Assembly (NCBI GenBank): GCA_024653205.1 | Contig: JANLFO010000005.1 | Coordinates: 65,284-129,283, forward strand | From: Clostridia bacterium | GTDB lineage: Bacteria; Bacillota; DSM-521; Neomoorellales; SLTJ01 | Length of the DNA: 64,000 bases | Direction of reading: 5' to 3' | Shown: in pieces, positions 18,948 to 27,822 of the stretch | How the letters are laid out: every line of letters starts with the position of its first letter | How positions within the stretch are numbered: position 1 is the first letter of the stretch | The notes under the pieces: model-generated | Database searches by the model: none | Told to the model about the DNA's origin: nothing | What the model saw: the letters and a program-made list of their open reading frames with translations, nothing else | Position numbers and translations under genes: made by a program

Positions 18948-19497
18948 CTTCCTTCCCTCCCGCCAGTTTCTCTAGGCCGGCGTTAACGTAGCCCCTCACC
19001 CAGGCCAGCACCGGGGCCAGGTTTACGGGCACTTCTCCCAGAAACTCTTTAAGCCAACGGCTGGAAAAGCAAAACTCCTGCCCTCCCCGGCGGTGCCGGT
19101 AAAGCAGGTCCACCGGTTGATCCCGGCTCAAGCAGGCGGCAACCGTAGCCCCCATGTCCCCCAGCGGCGGGCAATCGAGGTGATTCAGGGGCACGGCAAA
19201 TACGACCGCCGTTCCCTTTTCCGGTTCCGAACCGAGCTCGAAACTCCCGCCGCACTCTTCGGCCAAAGCCTTGATCATGGAAAGACCCAACCCCACCCGC
19301 CGGGTAGTCCGCGTGGTGTAGAAGGCGGAGGTGGCCCGGCTTACCTCCTCCGGGGTCATTCCCCGCCCGTTATCCCTAAGCCGAACCGTCAGCAGGTTGG
19401 CCTGGGGATCCTCCTCAATCTCCAGCTCCAGCCGCGTGGCCCCCGCGGTAAGCGAGTTCTCCATCAGCTCTAAGAGGTACAGGGCCAACTCGTCCAT
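18940..19497 (-). CDS. GHKL (histidine-kinase-like) ATPase domain protein embedded in the hydrogenase operon
   Basis: N-box ELMENSLTAGA, G1 DNGRGM and G2 GLGLSM. It has no DHp/His domain. Confidence 0.75.
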   Translation of the reverse strand: MDELALYLLELMENSLTAGATRLELEIEEDPQANLLTVRLRDNGRGMTPEEVSRATSAFYTTRTTRRVGLGLSMIKALAEECGGSFELGSEPEKGTAVVFAVPLNHLDCPPLGDMGATVAACLSRDQPVDLLYRHRRGGQEFCFSSRWLKEFLGEVPVNLAPVLAWVRGYVNAGLEKLAGGKEVG

Positions 19498-19970
19498 CAG
19501 TCGTAGGTCTGGAGTACCGCCACCGCCGTTTCCGGCTTGAGCAATCCGTACACCCGGTTGTTTATGGTCATCACCGGTCCCAAACCGCAGGCGCCCAGGC
19601 AGCGCACCACGTCCAGGGAAAACTTGCCGTCGTCGGTGCTGTCGCCGGGCTTGATTCCCAGTTCTCTGGAAAGCCGCTCCAGGATTTCCGGAGAGCCCTT
19701 AACGTAACAGGCCGTGCCCTTGCACACGGACACCTGGTACTTCCCCTTGGGCTTTACCGTAAAGCGGGCGTAGAAGGATACCACGCTGTAGACCTCGCTT
19801 AAAGAGACTCCCAGGCCCTCGGCAATGGCCACCTGGACCGGCTTGGGCAAATACCCGATCAGGTCCTGAGCCTGGTGGAGCACCTCAATGAGCGCCGAGG
19901 GCTGCCCCCGGTGGGCGGCGATTATTCTCTCTAGCTGGTTCCAAATCTCCTCGCACTTGCAGGCTTCCAC
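19497..19970 (-). CDS. hydC: NuoE-like [2Fe-2S] subunit (HydC)
   Basis: SVCKGTACYVKG ... RCLGACGLGPV cysteine pattern of the NuoE/24-kDa family. Confidence 0.9.
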   Translation of the reverse strand: MEACKCEEIWNQLERIIAAHRGQPSALIEVLHQAQDLIGYLPKPVQVAIAEGLGVSLSEVYSVVSFYARFTVKPKGKYQVSVCKGTACYVKGSPEILERLSRELGIKPGDSTDDGKFSLDVVRCLGACGLGPVMTINNRVYGLLKPETAVAVLQTYD

Positions 19971-20056
19971 TTTTCATTCCTCCCCTACGCCAAGATTTCC
20001 GTCATCCTCGGGCTTCTCCCGGCCATACCCAACTCTCGCCTCCCGATATTAGCTCG

Positions 20057-20295
20057 ACTTATCCCCGCTTTCCGCCGGCGGTCCTGGTTTCACCGAGTAC
20101 CTAAAGCGTGCCGGGCACCGAACTCGGCGAGAGCGAGGGTGAAGGCGGGCCGGAGGCCATGGATGGCCGGAGCCGCGCCGGCGCCATGGAAGGCGCCTAA
20201 GCGGGGAGCCCGCCGGAGCCCGAAGCTCGAGCCCTAGTTCGGCCGGCTAAGCGACCGGTACGAGGGGAAACCAGGACCGCCGGCGGAAACCGAGG
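20057..20295. repeat. palindromic MITE-like repeat, long copy
   Basis: Perfect 20-bp terminal inverted repeat CCGCCGGCGGTCCTGGTTTC / GAAACCAGGACCGCCGGCGG, with outer TTATCCCCGCTTTC-type ends. It sits between the PHP gene and the hydC operon start. Confidence 0.65.
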
Positions 20296-20325
20296 GCCAA
20301 CTCGGGCCTTAGCCCGTCTGACCGG

Positions 20326-21069
20326 CTAGCCATCTATCACCGCCCTCCGGCCGCCCTCCCCGGCCAGAGCCAGACGGACCTCGGCCAGGGCAGGTTCCTT
20401 AAGGAAGAACCGGGTGCGGCAGCGCCCGATATCGGACAGGTAGTGGGCGTCGGAGGAGCAAATCAGGGTGATATCGCTTCCTCCCAGCGCGCGCCTCACC
20501 TCGTCCCTGCGCTCGGGCCGGCTGATCTCCAGGGCCGGCACCGCAAGCCGCGGGGGAAGTACTCCCAGCACCCCCAGCAGACCGTAGGCCGGCCGGTCCA
20601 CGTGGGCGGGGATAGCGACGCCTCCCAGCCGCTCCACCCGCTCTACCACTTCCTCCAGGGCCAGATCGGTGCTCTGGAGCAGCAGGCGTTCCTCCCGGCC
20701 GATCTCCTCGTCCCGGCCGGAGAGCAGGATCTGCGGTCCGAACAGGTCTTCGCGGTTGCCGAGCGGAGGCAGGTGCGCGAAGACTACCCTCTCCAAGGCC
20801 AGAGCCTCCTCAACCCCCCCGAAGAGGCAGACCACGTGCACCTCCTCCCGGGTCTGTACCTCCATTCCCGCCAGGACCGCCGGGCCGCCCTCCCGGAAGG
20901 AGGCCTCCTGCACCGCTGCGACGTTGCCGGCGCTGTTATGATCGGTTACCGCTATGAGGTCCAATCCTGCGCGCCGGGCCGCGGCCAGGATCTTCAGCGG
21001 CGTCATATCTTCCGCGGCGCAGGGCGACAGGGCGGTGTGCAGGTGGAGGTCGGCCGCATACCAGCGCAT
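20326..21069 (-). CDS. PHP-domain phosphoesterase
   Basis: ADLHLHTALSPC and AVTDHNS PHP metal-binding motifs. Confidence 0.8.
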   Translation of the reverse strand: MRWYAADLHLHTALSPCAAEDMTPLKILAAARRAGLDLIAVTDHNSAGNVAAVQEASFREGGPAVLAGMEVQTREEVHVVCLFGGVEEALALERVVFAHLPPLGNREDLFGPQILLSGRDEEIGREERLLLQSTDLALEEVVERVERLGGVAIPAHVDRPAYGLLGVLGVLPPRLAVPALEISRPERRDEVRRALGGSDITLICSSDAHYLSDIGRCRTRFFLKEPALAEVRLALAGEGGRRAVIDG

Positions 21070-21077
21070 GGCCCGGG

Positions 21078-21428
21078 TCAGGCGCCCCGCTTCTCTCCGG
21101 CCAGTAAAGCGTAAAGGCGCCCGCTGAGCTCAAAGGTAGAGGCGGGCGAGGCAAACAGGGGAAGCCCCTCGGCCTCCGCGCGGGAGCAGATGTTTGCCCC
21201 CGGTTCCCGGCCCCCGGTGATTACCACCCCGGCGGCGTCTACCAGCAGGGCCACCGCCACCACGTTCTCGTGGGTCTGCAGGGTCAGCCACAGGCAGCCC
21301 TTTGGCGCCCGCGCCACCACGTCGCTCAGCAAATCCGATGCGTAGCCGTACCTAACCTCTCGGTCCAGTCCCCCGGCCCCGGCCAGCAGGCGCAGCCCGA
21401 GGGCTTGGGCGATTTCCGCAACCGTCAT
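21078..21428 (-). CDS. DRTGG domain protein
   Basis: About 116 aa with VITGGREP; a typical small DRTGG protein of hydrogenase regulatory clusters. Confidence 0.75.
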   Translation of the reverse strand: MTVAEIAQALGLRLLAGAGGLDREVRYGYASDLLSDVVARAPKGCLWLTLQTHENVVAVALLVDAAGVVITGGREPGANICSRAEAEGLPLFASPASTFELSGRLYALLAGEKRGA

Positions 21429-22747
21429 TCCCCGTTGTTACTCCTTTCCGGCCCCGCCAGCGGCGGCGGCAACTTCCTGGCCAAATCGGCCACCTCTTCG
21501 GCCAGCACCCGCACCTTTTCCCGGAGCAGGAAAATGCAGTCCGTTTCCGCGGCCTCTCCCTGCACCAGGTCCTCGGCCAAAGCCCGGCAGGTAGGGGAAC
21601 CGCAGGCCCCGCAGTCCAGTCCCGGCAGCGTGGCCAGGGTCTCTTCCACCTGACGCACCTTAACCAGACCGGTCTCGGCGTCCGGGGCCAGGCGGAAGAC
21701 CGGACGAGGCTCGAGCTTATGCCGGGACCGCCATTGGCCGCGCTCGGCCAGGGTAGCCAGCTCGGCTTCCGCCAGACCGGCGGGCGGCAACTGCCCCAGG
21801 AGATTCCGCAGGGCCTCGCCGGCAACAAAGGGATTCTGCACCATCAGCGCCCCGCCCACGCAACCGCCCGGGCAAGCCTGGGCCTCCACGAAGTCGAACC
21901 CCTCCAGCTCTCCTCTCTCGATCGCTTCCAGAACGCCGATCACGTGGTGGATGCCGTCCACCCGCAGCACCCTTGCCTCGCCCAGCGCCGCCCCTTCGCC
22001 GCCGCTCCTTCCCCAACCGACGCCGGCCCGGCCGGCCCGGGGAGGCAGCGGGTCCGCACGCTTTATGGCGGCCCGGAGTTCGGCGTAGACCGAGGCCACG
22101 GGGACTACCCCGTCCAGTACGGCCTCGCCCGCCGCCTGGGCCTGCCGGGCGGCGGTGATCTTGGCGGGGCAGGGAGAAAGGAAGAAAACTCCCACTTCCT
22201 CTTTGGAGCGGCCCTGCTCGTAGGCCTCCAAGCGCGCCAGACGGGCGGCCAGGTTCACCGGCGGCTCCACGGGCGAAACCTGTTCGGTCAGGGCGGGGAA
22301 CCGCACCTGGATGAGGCTCACCACCGCCGGGCAAGCGCTGGAGATCAAGGGCCGGAGCCCGGTGTACTCGGCCAGAAACCGCCCGGTCGCCCAGGAAACC
22401 ACCTCGGCGGCCAGGGCCACTTCGAATACCGCCGCAAACCCCAGCCCCACGAGGCCGCCGAGCACCCGGTCTATCCCCCGTCCGGGAAACTGGGAGTAAA
22501 GCGAGGGAGCCGGGAGGGCGACCGGGTAGGTAAACCGGCGGATGTCTTCCAGGGCGTCGCCCGAAGCCACCTTGGCATGGTTGGGGCAGACCCGGATACA
22601 CTCGCCGCAGTCTATGCACCGCTCTTCGGTGATCCGCGCCTTGCCTTCCCTGACCCGGATGGCCTCCGTCGGGCAATGCTTGATGCAGTTGGTGCAGCCT
22701 TTGCACTTGTCGCGGTCCAGCCGAACGGAATGAAAGTAGGCGGTCAC
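21425..22747 (-). CDS. HydS-like putative sensory [FeFe]-hydrogenase-domain Fe-S protein
   Basis: N-terminal 2x[4Fe-4S] ferredoxin motifs (CKGCTNCIKHCP, CIDCGECIRVCP). Divergent H-cluster motifs SSACPAVV, LSPCPAK and EAQACPGGCVGG. C-terminal CGACGSPTC cluster. Confidence 0.8.
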   Translation of the reverse strand: MTAYFHSVRLDRDKCKGCTNCIKHCPTEAIRVREGKARITEERCIDCGECIRVCPNHAKVASGDALEDIRRFTYPVALPAPSLYSQFPGRGIDRVLGGLVGLGFAAVFEVALAAEVVSWATGRFLAEYTGLRPLISSACPAVVSLIQVRFPALTEQVSPVEPPVNLAARLARLEAYEQGRSKEEVGVFFLSPCPAKITAARQAQAAGEAVLDGVVPVASVYAELRAAIKRADPLPPRAGRAGVGWGRSGGEGAALGEARVLRVDGIHHVIGVLEAIERGELEGFDFVEAQACPGGCVGGALMVQNPFVAGEALRNLLGQLPPAGLAEAELATLAERGQWRSRHKLEPRPVFRLAPDAETGLVKVRQVEETLATLPGLDCGACGSPTCRALAEDLVQGEAAETDCIFLLREKVRVLAEEVADLARKLPPPLAGPERSNNGE

Positions 22748-23100
22748 TGTGATCGCGTCCCCGTCTCCCAGAAAAAACGGGCGCGGACGGTAGTGCCCTC
22801 ACCCTCTACCGAAGTCACCTCTAAGTCGTCCGCGCTCCGGGCGATGTTGGGCAAACCCATACCCGAGCCGTAGCCCATTTCCCGTACCTCCGGGGGGGCG
22901 GTGCTGTAACCCTCCTGCATGGCCAACTCAATATCGGCTATGCCCGGCCCCCGGTCCACTGCTTCCACTTCTAGCTGACCCGGCCGGGCCCTAACCCATA
23001 CCTCGCCCGTGTAGGCGTGAATGACGATGTTCAGGGCGGCCTCAAAGACCGCCACTCCTACCCGCCGGGCCAAATCCGGGGGCAACCCGGCCTGGTGCAA
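22744..23100 (-). CDS. anti-sigma-regulatory-factor-type Ser/Thr kinase (GHKL ATPase)
   Basis: EAALNIVIHA, DRGPGI and GSGMGLPNI motifs. Family-like residues (SLEFRFSLKRGEFRAAGDAATHVRRT) continue in frame upstream to about 23178, after an AGGAGGG Shine-Dalgarno sequence. No ATG/GTG/TTG codon is present there, so the start is unresolved. Confidence 0.7.
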   Translation of the reverse strand: MHQAGLPPDLARRVGVAVFEAALNIVIHAYTGEVWVRARPGQLEVEAVDRGPGIADIELAMQEGYSTAPPEVREMGYGSGMGLPNIARSADDLEVTSVEGEGTTVRARFFWETGTRSQ

Positions 23101-23465
23101 GGTTCGGCGGACATGCGTCGCCGCGTCTCCGGCGGCGCGGAACTCTCCGCGCTTGAGGGAGAAACGGAACTCTAGCGAGCCAGACCCTCCTAACCCCCGT
23201 GAAAAAGTGCATGTGAAATCTTTCGCTTATTTACCCTGTTGTTTTCTATTCGTCGTCGGGCAACCGTCTCCTGCTAACACCTGCTACCGGTGCGGCTAAA
23301 ATTCTTGCGTAGTCTTTGCTACCTATTGTCGGTAATTTAATTAACACTTACTTCGTCATGCTTATGGTATATTTATGTTCCAAAGGAGGAGTTTCGCGGC
23401 GGAAACCCGCCCCTGGTCCCTTTTCTTGCCGGCCGCCGCAGAAACCGCTGCGAGGAGGAGCGCCA

Positions 23466-25538
23466 ATGGCTAGCAAAACGGTCATCAGCGACTGCATGTT
23501 GTGCGTTTGGGACTGCGGGATTAAGGCCCGGGTGGAAGACGGCAGGCTGGTCGAGGTGCAGGGCCTACCTGAGCACCCCATAAGCAAGGGCTACATTTGC
23601 CCCCGGGGAGCCAACCTGCCGGAGTACGTCTACTCCCCCAACCGCTTGCTCTACCCCATGCGCCGCACCGACGGCGGCTGGCGGCGGGTGAGCTGGGATG
23701 AAGCCCTGGACTTCACCGCCGAGCAGCTGGCCAAGGTGAAGGAGAAGTACGGGGCCAGGTCGCTGGCCATCTTCTGCGGCTCGGTAGGGGTAGAGAACAT
23801 CGAGGTGGCGGCTTTTGCCCAGCGTTTCAAGGGCGCGTTCGGCACCCCCAACCTGCTCTCGGTGGAGAACATCTGCTACCGCACGCGCATCCTGGCCCGG
23901 CAGATGACCTTCGGCCGCTACCCCATGGACAGCCCGAGAGGGGCGAAGTGCATCGTCCTCTGGGGCCACAACCCCGACGGCTCCAAGGGCATGCTGGCGG
24001 ACATGATCCGCGAGCAGGTGGACAAGAAGGAAACCACCCTCATCGTGATCAACCCGCGCCGCATCCGGCTGTCGGAGAAGGCGCTGCAGCTGGCACCGCG
24101 GCCGGGCACGGACGCGGCCATCGGCCTGGCCATGCTGAACGTTATCATCAATGAAGGCCTCTACGACCGCGAGTTCGTTGAGAACTACACCGTGGGCTTC
24201 GAGGAACTGAAGCAGCACGTGCAGCAGTACACCCCGGAGTGGGCGGAGCAGGTAACCTGGGTGCCGGCTTCGGACATCAAGGCCTGCGCCCGCATCTACG
24301 CCCAGGCCAGCCCGGCCTGCATCGTCCAGGGCATCAACACCCTGGACCAGCACGTGAACGGGCTGCAGAACTCCCGTTTGCTCTCCATCCTCCAGATCGT
24401 GACCGGCAACATCGACAAGCCCGGAAGCTGGGTGACCATCCCCTACATCCGGCTGGCCGACCTGCGCATCCCCATCGAGGAGAAGCCCATCGGCGCCGAC
24501 CAGTACCCGCTGTTCTACGAGCTCTGGGGCCGGGTATCGCCCTACGGCATCGCCACCCTCTTCCCCCAGGCGGCGCTGGAGGGCAAGCCCTATCCCATCC
24601 GGGCCAGCATCGTGGCCGCGGCCAACCCGGTGGTGTCCTTCCCCGACGCCCAGGCCTTCACCGAAGCCTTCAAGTCCCAGGACTTCATGGCAGTAATCGA
24701 CCCCTTCATGACCGAGACCGCGGAACTCGCCGACGTGGTGCTGCCGGCCTGCACCTTCCTGGAGAAGGGCGGCGTCGGCTACGTATACGGCGTGGTGCAC
24801 GGCGAGACCTACGCCATGCTGCACCGCCAGGTAATCGAGCCGGTGGGCGAGTCCCGGCCCGACTGGTGGATCTGGACCGAGATCGCGAAGCGCCTGGGCC
24901 TGGAAGAGTACTTCCCCTGGAAGACCGAGGAGGAAGTGATCGATCACCTGCTCGAGCCCAGCGGGGTGCTGCAGCAGCTCAAAGAGGCGGAAATCGGCGC
25001 GTACTACGCAGACAAGACCAAGGAGTACTACGCCTACAAGACCAAGAAGGTCTACACTCCCAGCGGCAAGTTCGAGATCTACTCCAAGACCCTGGAGGAG
25101 CACGGCTACGATCCCCTGCCCAAGTACGTGGAACCCGCCCAGAGCCCGGTAAGCACCCCCGAGCTGGCCAAGCAGTTCCCGCTCATCCTCATCAGCGGCG
25201 CGCGCACCCAGGAGTTCACCCACACCCAGATGCGGCACATACCCGGGCTGCGCAGCGCCAGACCCGAGCCCTTCGCGGAGATGCACCCGGCCACGGCCGG
25301 CCGCTACGGCCTGGCCGACGGCGACTGGGCCAAGCTCTCCACCCGCAATGGCAGCCTCCGGGTGCGGGTAAAGACCACCCCGGACATGCTGCCGGGCATC
25401 GTGAGCCTGCCTCACGGCTGGGCGCAGGCCAACGTCAACCTGCTCACCGACATGCAGGACCGCGACCCCATCACCGGCTATCCCGACTTCAAGGCCCTGC
25501 TCTGCCGGGTGGAGCCGATCATTCCGTATCAGGAGTAG
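23466..25538 (+). CDS. molybdopterin-dependent oxidoreductase (MopB superfamily, cytoplasmic, substrate unknown)
   Basis: N-terminal CxxCxxxC...C [4Fe-4S] motif (SDCMLCVWDCG...YICPRG), MGD-binding domains and a C-terminal beta-barrel. No Tat signal. ATG preceded by GAGGAGG. Confidence 0.85.
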   Translation: MASKTVISDCMLCVWDCGIKARVEDGRLVEVQGLPEHPISKGYICPRGANLPEYVYSPNRLLYPMRRTDGGWRRVSWDEALDFTAEQLAKVKEKYGARSLAIFCGSVGVENIEVAAFAQRFKGAFGTPNLLSVENICYRTRILARQMTFGRYPMDSPRGAKCIVLWGHNPDGSKGMLADMIREQVDKKETTLIVINPRRIRLSEKALQLAPRPGTDAAIGLAMLNVIINEGLYDREFVENYTVGFEELKQHVQQYTPEWAEQVTWVPASDIKACARIYAQASPACIVQGINTLDQHVNGLQNSRLLSILQIVTGNIDKPGSWVTIPYIRLADLRIPIEEKPIGADQYPLFYELWGRVSPYGIATLFPQAALEGKPYPIRASIVAAANPVVSFPDAQAFTEAFKSQDFMAVIDPFMTETAELADVVLPACTFLEKGGVGYVYGVVHGETYAMLHRQVIEPVGESRPDWWIWTEIAKRLGLEEYFPWKTEEEVIDHLLEPSGVLQQLKEAEIGAYYADKTKEYYAYKTKKVYTPSGKFEIYSKTLEEHGYDPLPKYVEPAQSPVSTPELAKQFPLILISGARTQEFTHTQMRHIPGLRSARPEPFAEMHPATAGRYGLADGDWAKLSTRNGSLRVRVKTTPDMLPGIVSLPHGWAQANVNLLTDMQDRDPITGYPDFKALLCRVEPIIPYQE

Positions 25539-25580
25539 GGAAGTAGCCAAGCAGGGGGCCCCGTGCGGTAACGGGGCCCC

Positions 25581-27818
25581 TCAGCTTATCTGCAAGCCAG
25601 ACGCACAGCTGATCTGTCCTCTCTCCTGAGGCCTAGATTTCGCCGCCGGCGCCCCCCTCTCGGCCTCGGCGGCTACCTCCGTCCATCCCCGCTCGGAGAG
25701 CACCTCTAAGAAAAGCGCCGCCAGGTCGGGGTCAAACTGGGTGCCCGCGCAGCGGCGGATCTCCTCGACGGCTTCGGCCACGCTCTTGGCCTTCCGGTAG
25801 GGACGATCGCTGGTCATGGCGTCAAAGGCGTCCACAATCGCCAGGAGACGGCATTCGAGGGGGATCTCCTGCTCCTTCAGCCCCAACGGGTAGCCCGAAC
25901 CGTCCCATCGCTCGTGGTGCTTGAGGATAAGGTCCGCCACTCCGGCCAGTTCCGGAGTGGCCAGGGCGATGCGGTAGCCCTTTTCCGGGTGCTGGCGGAT
26001 AACCTTCCATTCGTCCTCGCCGAGAAGCCCGGGCTTAAGCAGCACCGTGTCCGGAATGCCCACCTTGCCTATGTCGTGCACCTGGGCCAGGAGGGCCAGG
26101 TCGTCCTTCTGCCGTGCGGGTAGCCCCAGGCGTTCCGCCAGGAGCCGGCACCAGTAGGCCAGGCGGCGGGCGTGGCCCTCGGCGAAACGATCCCGCTCTG
26201 CCAGCGCCGCCAGCAGAGCATCCACGATCTGGTTGCGGGCATTGGTTCCCTGGGAGAGCTTCTCCCGGTACATCCGGTCGTCGGCCTGACGATAGGCTTG
26301 CCGCAGCGATTCTCCCGGCGTATGCGCCGTAGCCAGCCCAAATGAGACGCTTAAGGGCAGATCGGTATGCCGTCGGTTGTATTCCTCTATTGCCGCCTGC
26401 AACCGCCTTACTATTGCCGCTCCGGTGGCCTCGTCGGTGTTGGGCAGAAGGGCCACGAACTCGTCTCCCCCTACCCGGGCCACCACGTCCGAGCGCCGGA
26501 GCGTGTGCTGCAGAATCCGGGCACAGGCCACCAAGAGCTCGTCCCCCCGGTGGTGGCCCAGACTGTCGTTGACCAGCTTCAGCCCGTTCACGTCGGCCAT
26601 GATCACGCTCACCGGGAAGTCTTCCGGCCGAGCCAACCGACCAAGCTGTTCCTCGAAGTGAGCCCGGTTGTAGAGACCGGTAAGCTGATCGTGAAGGCTT
26701 ATGTACTCCAGCCTTTCCGCGAAGCGCTTTTTCTCGGTGACGTCGATCACGCTGCCCAGGGTAACCCTCCGGCCCTCGTGCTCCCAGGAAGCGACGGTTT
26801 CTTCTACCCAGCGCAGGCCGCCGCCCTTGGTGACCAGCCGGAACTCGTAAGGCCGGGCCTCGCCGCCTTTGAGCATGCGCACCGCCTCCTGACGCACCTT
26901 CTCCCGGTCTTCGGGAAAAACCAGGCTCAGAGAGTCCCGGCCGACCAATTCCTCCAGCGTGTAGCCGGAAAGCTGCTCGAACTGGGGATTTACCGTCTCG
27001 AACTTGCCTCCGCTGACTATGTACATGCCGATGGGCGTGTGCTCGAAGGTGCTGCGCAGGAGGTCCTCGCGGCGCCGACGCTCACTCACGTCCCTCACCG
27101 TGGCCAGCAGGGCCTCCCGGCCGGAGAAGACCATCTTGGTAAAGTAGACCTCAGCGTCGAAGGTAGACCCGTCGGCCGGGCGCCGGGCCGGCCATTCCAG
27201 GTAGAGGCTCTCCTCCTCCGCCTCCTCCGCCCACCATCGGTCCACGTCCTCCCGAGGGCAGCCGGGGCCGGAATAATCCTGCCAGAAGCACCGGCCCAAA
27301 GCCCCCTCCCGGTCGGCCAGCCGGTACAGCCGCAACACCGAGCGGTTTATCTCCAGGACCCGGCCGCCGGGCTCGAAAATGAAAACCGCTTCCTGTACGT
27401 TATTAAGGATGGCGCGGAAAGCCCGCTCCGACTGCCGGGTTTTCCGCTCCATCTCCTTTACCGCGATCACGTCCTCCAGGCGACGGGCGAAGAGCTTTAA
27501 GAGCCGCCGTTCCCGGGCCGACGGCCGGTGGGCCGGCTCCAGGTATACCATCCCCTTCACCCCGCGGGACATCGCGTGGACCAGGGCCTCTTCCCCTACC
27601 TGTCGGATTTGTTCCGGCGTAGGAGCGCGGCCCGCGAAGCCCCAGTGCCCCAGGTCGACCGCCCTCCCGTTATCCTCCAAGGTTATGGCCAGTCGGCGAA
27701 GGCCCAATATCCGGGCTCCCTTTTCCACCGCTTCCCGCACCAAATCCTGATAGGTAGGGGGAAAAGAAAAGCTGGCCAGCTCATAAATGGCAAGTAATTC
27801 CCAAAGGTCGAAACCCAC
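25581..27818 (-). CDS. multidomain c-di-GMP signalling protein (N-terminal sensor, 2x PAS, GGDEF, HD-GYP)
   Basis: Intact GGDEF (VGGDEFVALLP) and HD-GYP (HDIGK...HHERWDGSGYPLGL) motifs, with PAS-like blocks before them. Confidence 0.9.
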   Translation of the reverse strand: MGFDLWELLAIYELASFSFPPTYQDLVREAVEKGARILGLRRLAITLEDNGRAVDLGHWGFAGRAPTPEQIRQVGEEALVHAMSRGVKGMVYLEPAHRPSARERRLLKLFARRLEDVIAVKEMERKTRQSERAFRAILNNVQEAVFIFEPGGRVLEINRSVLRLYRLADREGALGRCFWQDYSGPGCPREDVDRWWAEEAEEESLYLEWPARRPADGSTFDAEVYFTKMVFSGREALLATVRDVSERRRREDLLRSTFEHTPIGMYIVSGGKFETVNPQFEQLSGYTLEELVGRDSLSLVFPEDREKVRQEAVRMLKGGEARPYEFRLVTKGGGLRWVEETVASWEHEGRRVTLGSVIDVTEKKRFAERLEYISLHDQLTGLYNRAHFEEQLGRLARPEDFPVSVIMADVNGLKLVNDSLGHHRGDELLVACARILQHTLRRSDVVARVGGDEFVALLPNTDEATGAAIVRRLQAAIEEYNRRHTDLPLSVSFGLATAHTPGESLRQAYRQADDRMYREKLSQGTNARNQIVDALLAALAERDRFAEGHARRLAYWCRLLAERLGLPARQKDDLALLAQVHDIGKVGIPDTVLLKPGLLGEDEWKVIRQHPEKGYRIALATPELAGVADLILKHHERWDGSGYPLGLKEQEIPLECRLLAIVDAFDAMTSDRPYRKAKSVAEAVEEIRRCAGTQFDPDLAALFLEVLSERGWTEVAAEAERGAPAAKSRPQERGQISCASGLQIS

Positions 27819-27822
27819 CGCC

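Noticed and set aside
23340-23465. Possible Moco riboswitch or leader peptide upstream of the molybdopterin oxidoreductase (an AAGGAGGAG box at about 23382 with no start codon after it).
   Set aside because: I could recognise no convincing Moco-motif elements, and no ORF follows the first Shine-Dalgarno-like box. It is probably just a 5' UTR of a divergent promoter region (an extended -10 TGGTATATT at about 23366).
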